A stretch of 64,000 nt of DNA from Marsupella aquatica (lineage: Eukaryota > Plantae > Marchantiophyta): the NCBI GenBank assembly GCA_973895155.1, contig OZ316893.1, positions 17,366,770 to 17,430,769 of the forward strand. Reading direction: 5' to 3'. Position 1 is the stretch's first letter; each line of letters begins with the position of its first letter. The notes below the pieces were generated by a model, which was given only the letters and a program-made list of their open reading frames with translations, had not been told where the DNA came from and did not search any database. Shown in pieces: positions 61,558 through 64,000 of this stretch. Made by a program: the position numbers and the translations under genes.

Positions 61558-62217
61558 GCTCTAATACCAATTGTTGGGATAAAGTGTTAGTGAGAAAACA
61601 ACCACAAGGACAATAAACAAGCATGCACACACCGACACCAAGAGATACGTGGTTCATCTTCATCAAGGCTACGTTCATGGGAACATACAATAGCTTTACT
61701 AAGCTTTGGCCACCATGGCCACACAAAGTCTCCTTGCACAAGCTCTCCTCTTAGCACCTAGCTAGCTCCCTCAACAATGAGCATGAGTCTCCAAGAGGAG
61801 CTCTCCCTAGCCCCTCTGTATGCTAGATGCAAGAGTCTCGGCTAATTGTTTACACCCTAATGGCAATTTAGCCTAAGTATCAAGAAAGTAACCCAAGATT
61901 GGAGTTAACCCTAACAGTCGCCTCAAACGGTTTCCCGGATAATGGGAACACACGAGAGCTTTATTGTACTCTAGGCCCGTCGGCCATATCAAGTCTCTGC
62001 AATACAAGATATTCCTATCTCTCAATTGGCTCCGTACGTAACAATGAGCTTGAGTTCTTCCTATCCAAGCAAACACCACTTGGGGATATATTGTGTAGCA
62101 CGGCTAACCTAACCAAGGCTGCAACTAAGGTAAATCCTAACTACATTAACAGTAGTAAGTCTAGGCTTAAGAATAAATGCCTAACTTACCCTCTCAAACT
62201 GCCTAAAACTATGCACA
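61558..62217 (-). mobile_element. Copia-like LTR remnant with tRNA-iMet PBS
   Basis: Minus strand reads ..CCCAACA-AT-TGGTATTAGAGC (PBS 61558-61569, one change from TGGTATCAGAGC); distal LTR boundary uncertain. Confidence 0.55.
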
Positions 62218-64000
62218 ATGAGTCACAACAAGGCAAGGAGAGACAGGCCCAGGGATACACTGCAGGTCATGGAGGGAGTGTTGAGCCATACTAGGAGGGG
62301 TGTTTTTGGCAGATCTAATGGTTCAAGACAACCAGTAGTTCAGCAAGCCGCTAGGATTGCTTTCTGCATAGATGGCAATTTGTAAAAACATGACGTAGGA
62401 GAATGGGAACAATTGCATAATTATTATAGTGTTGTATGTTTGTACATGTAATTAAAACTAATCTACACACTAATTTTACCTTTGGCATGACATGAATGCA
62501 CGACATTACCTTTTATTTACAAAACTTGATCTTGTAAATGATGTAAGATGTAATGGTGAGAAATAGATGCCCAGTATTTAGCAAGCAAACATGCAATTGC
62601 ACACTAGTTATTGTTGTGCATAAATTTTTGTTTGTGCAAGGAATTTTTTATTGTCCCCTCACACTCTACAATGACCCTGCCCTAGTAGGGTCATGTGAAT
62701 AAAAAGAGGGGGTCATGTGAATAGAACTTTGCTTGTGCAATGAATGTTTTTATTGTTTCCGGCTCTCTAACCCTACAATGACCCCAGTGCAGCCCTACCC
62801 ACACCAGTCTTTGCACAAGTGCTCACTTACAAAATAGATGTGGATGTTTCAATTAAATAGATCTAGCGTTCATATTTTATTTATTTAGCGGATGACGGGT
62901 ATGACAGAATTTTAAGATTTACTACTTAAGGACTCTTCACGACTTCTAAAATTATATACCGTAGTAGCCCTGACTACCCATGAACGCGAATGGAGCGGAG
63001 GACAATAAAAATATCACCAAAATATATACCTTACTCATATTATTTGAATGAAAAGAGAAAACCATCATACATGTCATCATTTTAATAATCATTCATAACA
63101 TATTGTATATACTTTTTTCTATGCACATCTCTCTTTCTATACAAATATGTTATGGCGTGGACATAAAACTCATTTTTTAATGTAAATAAAAATCATGATA
63201 AAAGATATGTATGATTATCATTTGACATACATCATAGACATGAGTTTTCCATCTACACAATGAATCATGGAATTACCACAAGCCTTCACTCTAGAAGTTC
63301 ACTCTCGAAAGCTAGGCCACACTTTGGAAACCTAGGCACCTAGGCCACCACTCCGCTTTATACGCAAGATTATATTGAAGCCTAGCCCACCACTGCGCTT
63401 TATAAGCAAGATTATATTGCCACACTGAAAATGGTCGACCTAGTAATAACAGAGAGGGTTCAGATAGGACGGAGGGCCCTTTGTTCCAGTCGATGATTCA
63501 GTCTGCCTCGTCTTTTCTGTTCCCCAAGTTGCACTGTTGTTACAGGTGACCTGGCACCGGTGCCTGTCGTCCATTGTTCTCCACTCAGCTTTGAATGCTG
63601 GTCGGTGTCGGTGATTCTCCTCCTAGAAAGATAGGTCGGTACTGACTTGTTGGCGAGCAAACGGTGCAGTTCAGTACGGTATCGACCAACTGATCGGATA
63701 CGGATTGGGAGTGCCAATTCGCGTTCCTGCCCTGTTTTGCGAGTCAGCAATTCTAGACTGTTCTGCCGCTGGACAAGTTCATTGCCGCCTGTGCTGCTTG
63801 AAGGTGCGTTTTCCCGTCTAGCCAACTTCCGTGGGCTGATGACTGACTGACTGACTGAACATCTCACGGCTTGGAAAAGTGCGTCAGTATCTGCGTTGAA
63901 ATCGGCTGAGTTCGGGTGTCGTGGGAGAGAAGGGAGATTAGCTTGAAGATCGGTTTGTATTTCTCAGACCCTTATCTTGATCAGTTGCACGGACTCATGT

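Overview
Eukaryotic, intron-containing, transposon-filled DNA from a land plant (probably a fern, lycophyte or bryophyte; inferred from the TE families). No rRNA, tRNA, CRISPR or clear intact host gene was found. From left to right: (1) ~1-18250, a cluster centred on a spliced DDD transposase (DFSENY...SDG...HGKGVA/D, Sola2-like). It is flanked by a head-to-head pair of paralogous coiled-coil/RING-H2 genes, a third paralog fragment, an RPA70-C-like OB-fold gene and palindromic minisatellites. (2) 18249-19415, an Athila-like LTR/PBS/gag stub fused to a Plavaka-type transposase (19554-20467), whose probable right arm (Ulp1 protease pseudogene, subterminal repeats, TAGTG end at 53446) lies 33 kb away. 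(3) A TG...CA-bounded solo-LTR-like unit (20769-50276) whose internal gene is split by a complete 24,147-bp CACTA element (24670-48816, 18-bp TIRs, GCA TSD). (4) That CACTA carries TnpA and TnpD plus co-oriented cargo genes: a Cys-rich ORF, an EDM2-type PHD cluster, tandem BRCT and an F-box. It also hosts a second 3.8-kb solo-LTR-like unit with its own gene (32775-36609, ACTCC TSD). (5) A nearly intact Bianca-type Ty1/copia element (53566-60292). The most notable candidate system is large DNA transposons carrying chromatin-reader, DNA-repair and ubiquitin/SUMO modules. Most copies here carry nonsense or frameshift lesions. All family assignments are by eye from remembered motifs, not from database searches.
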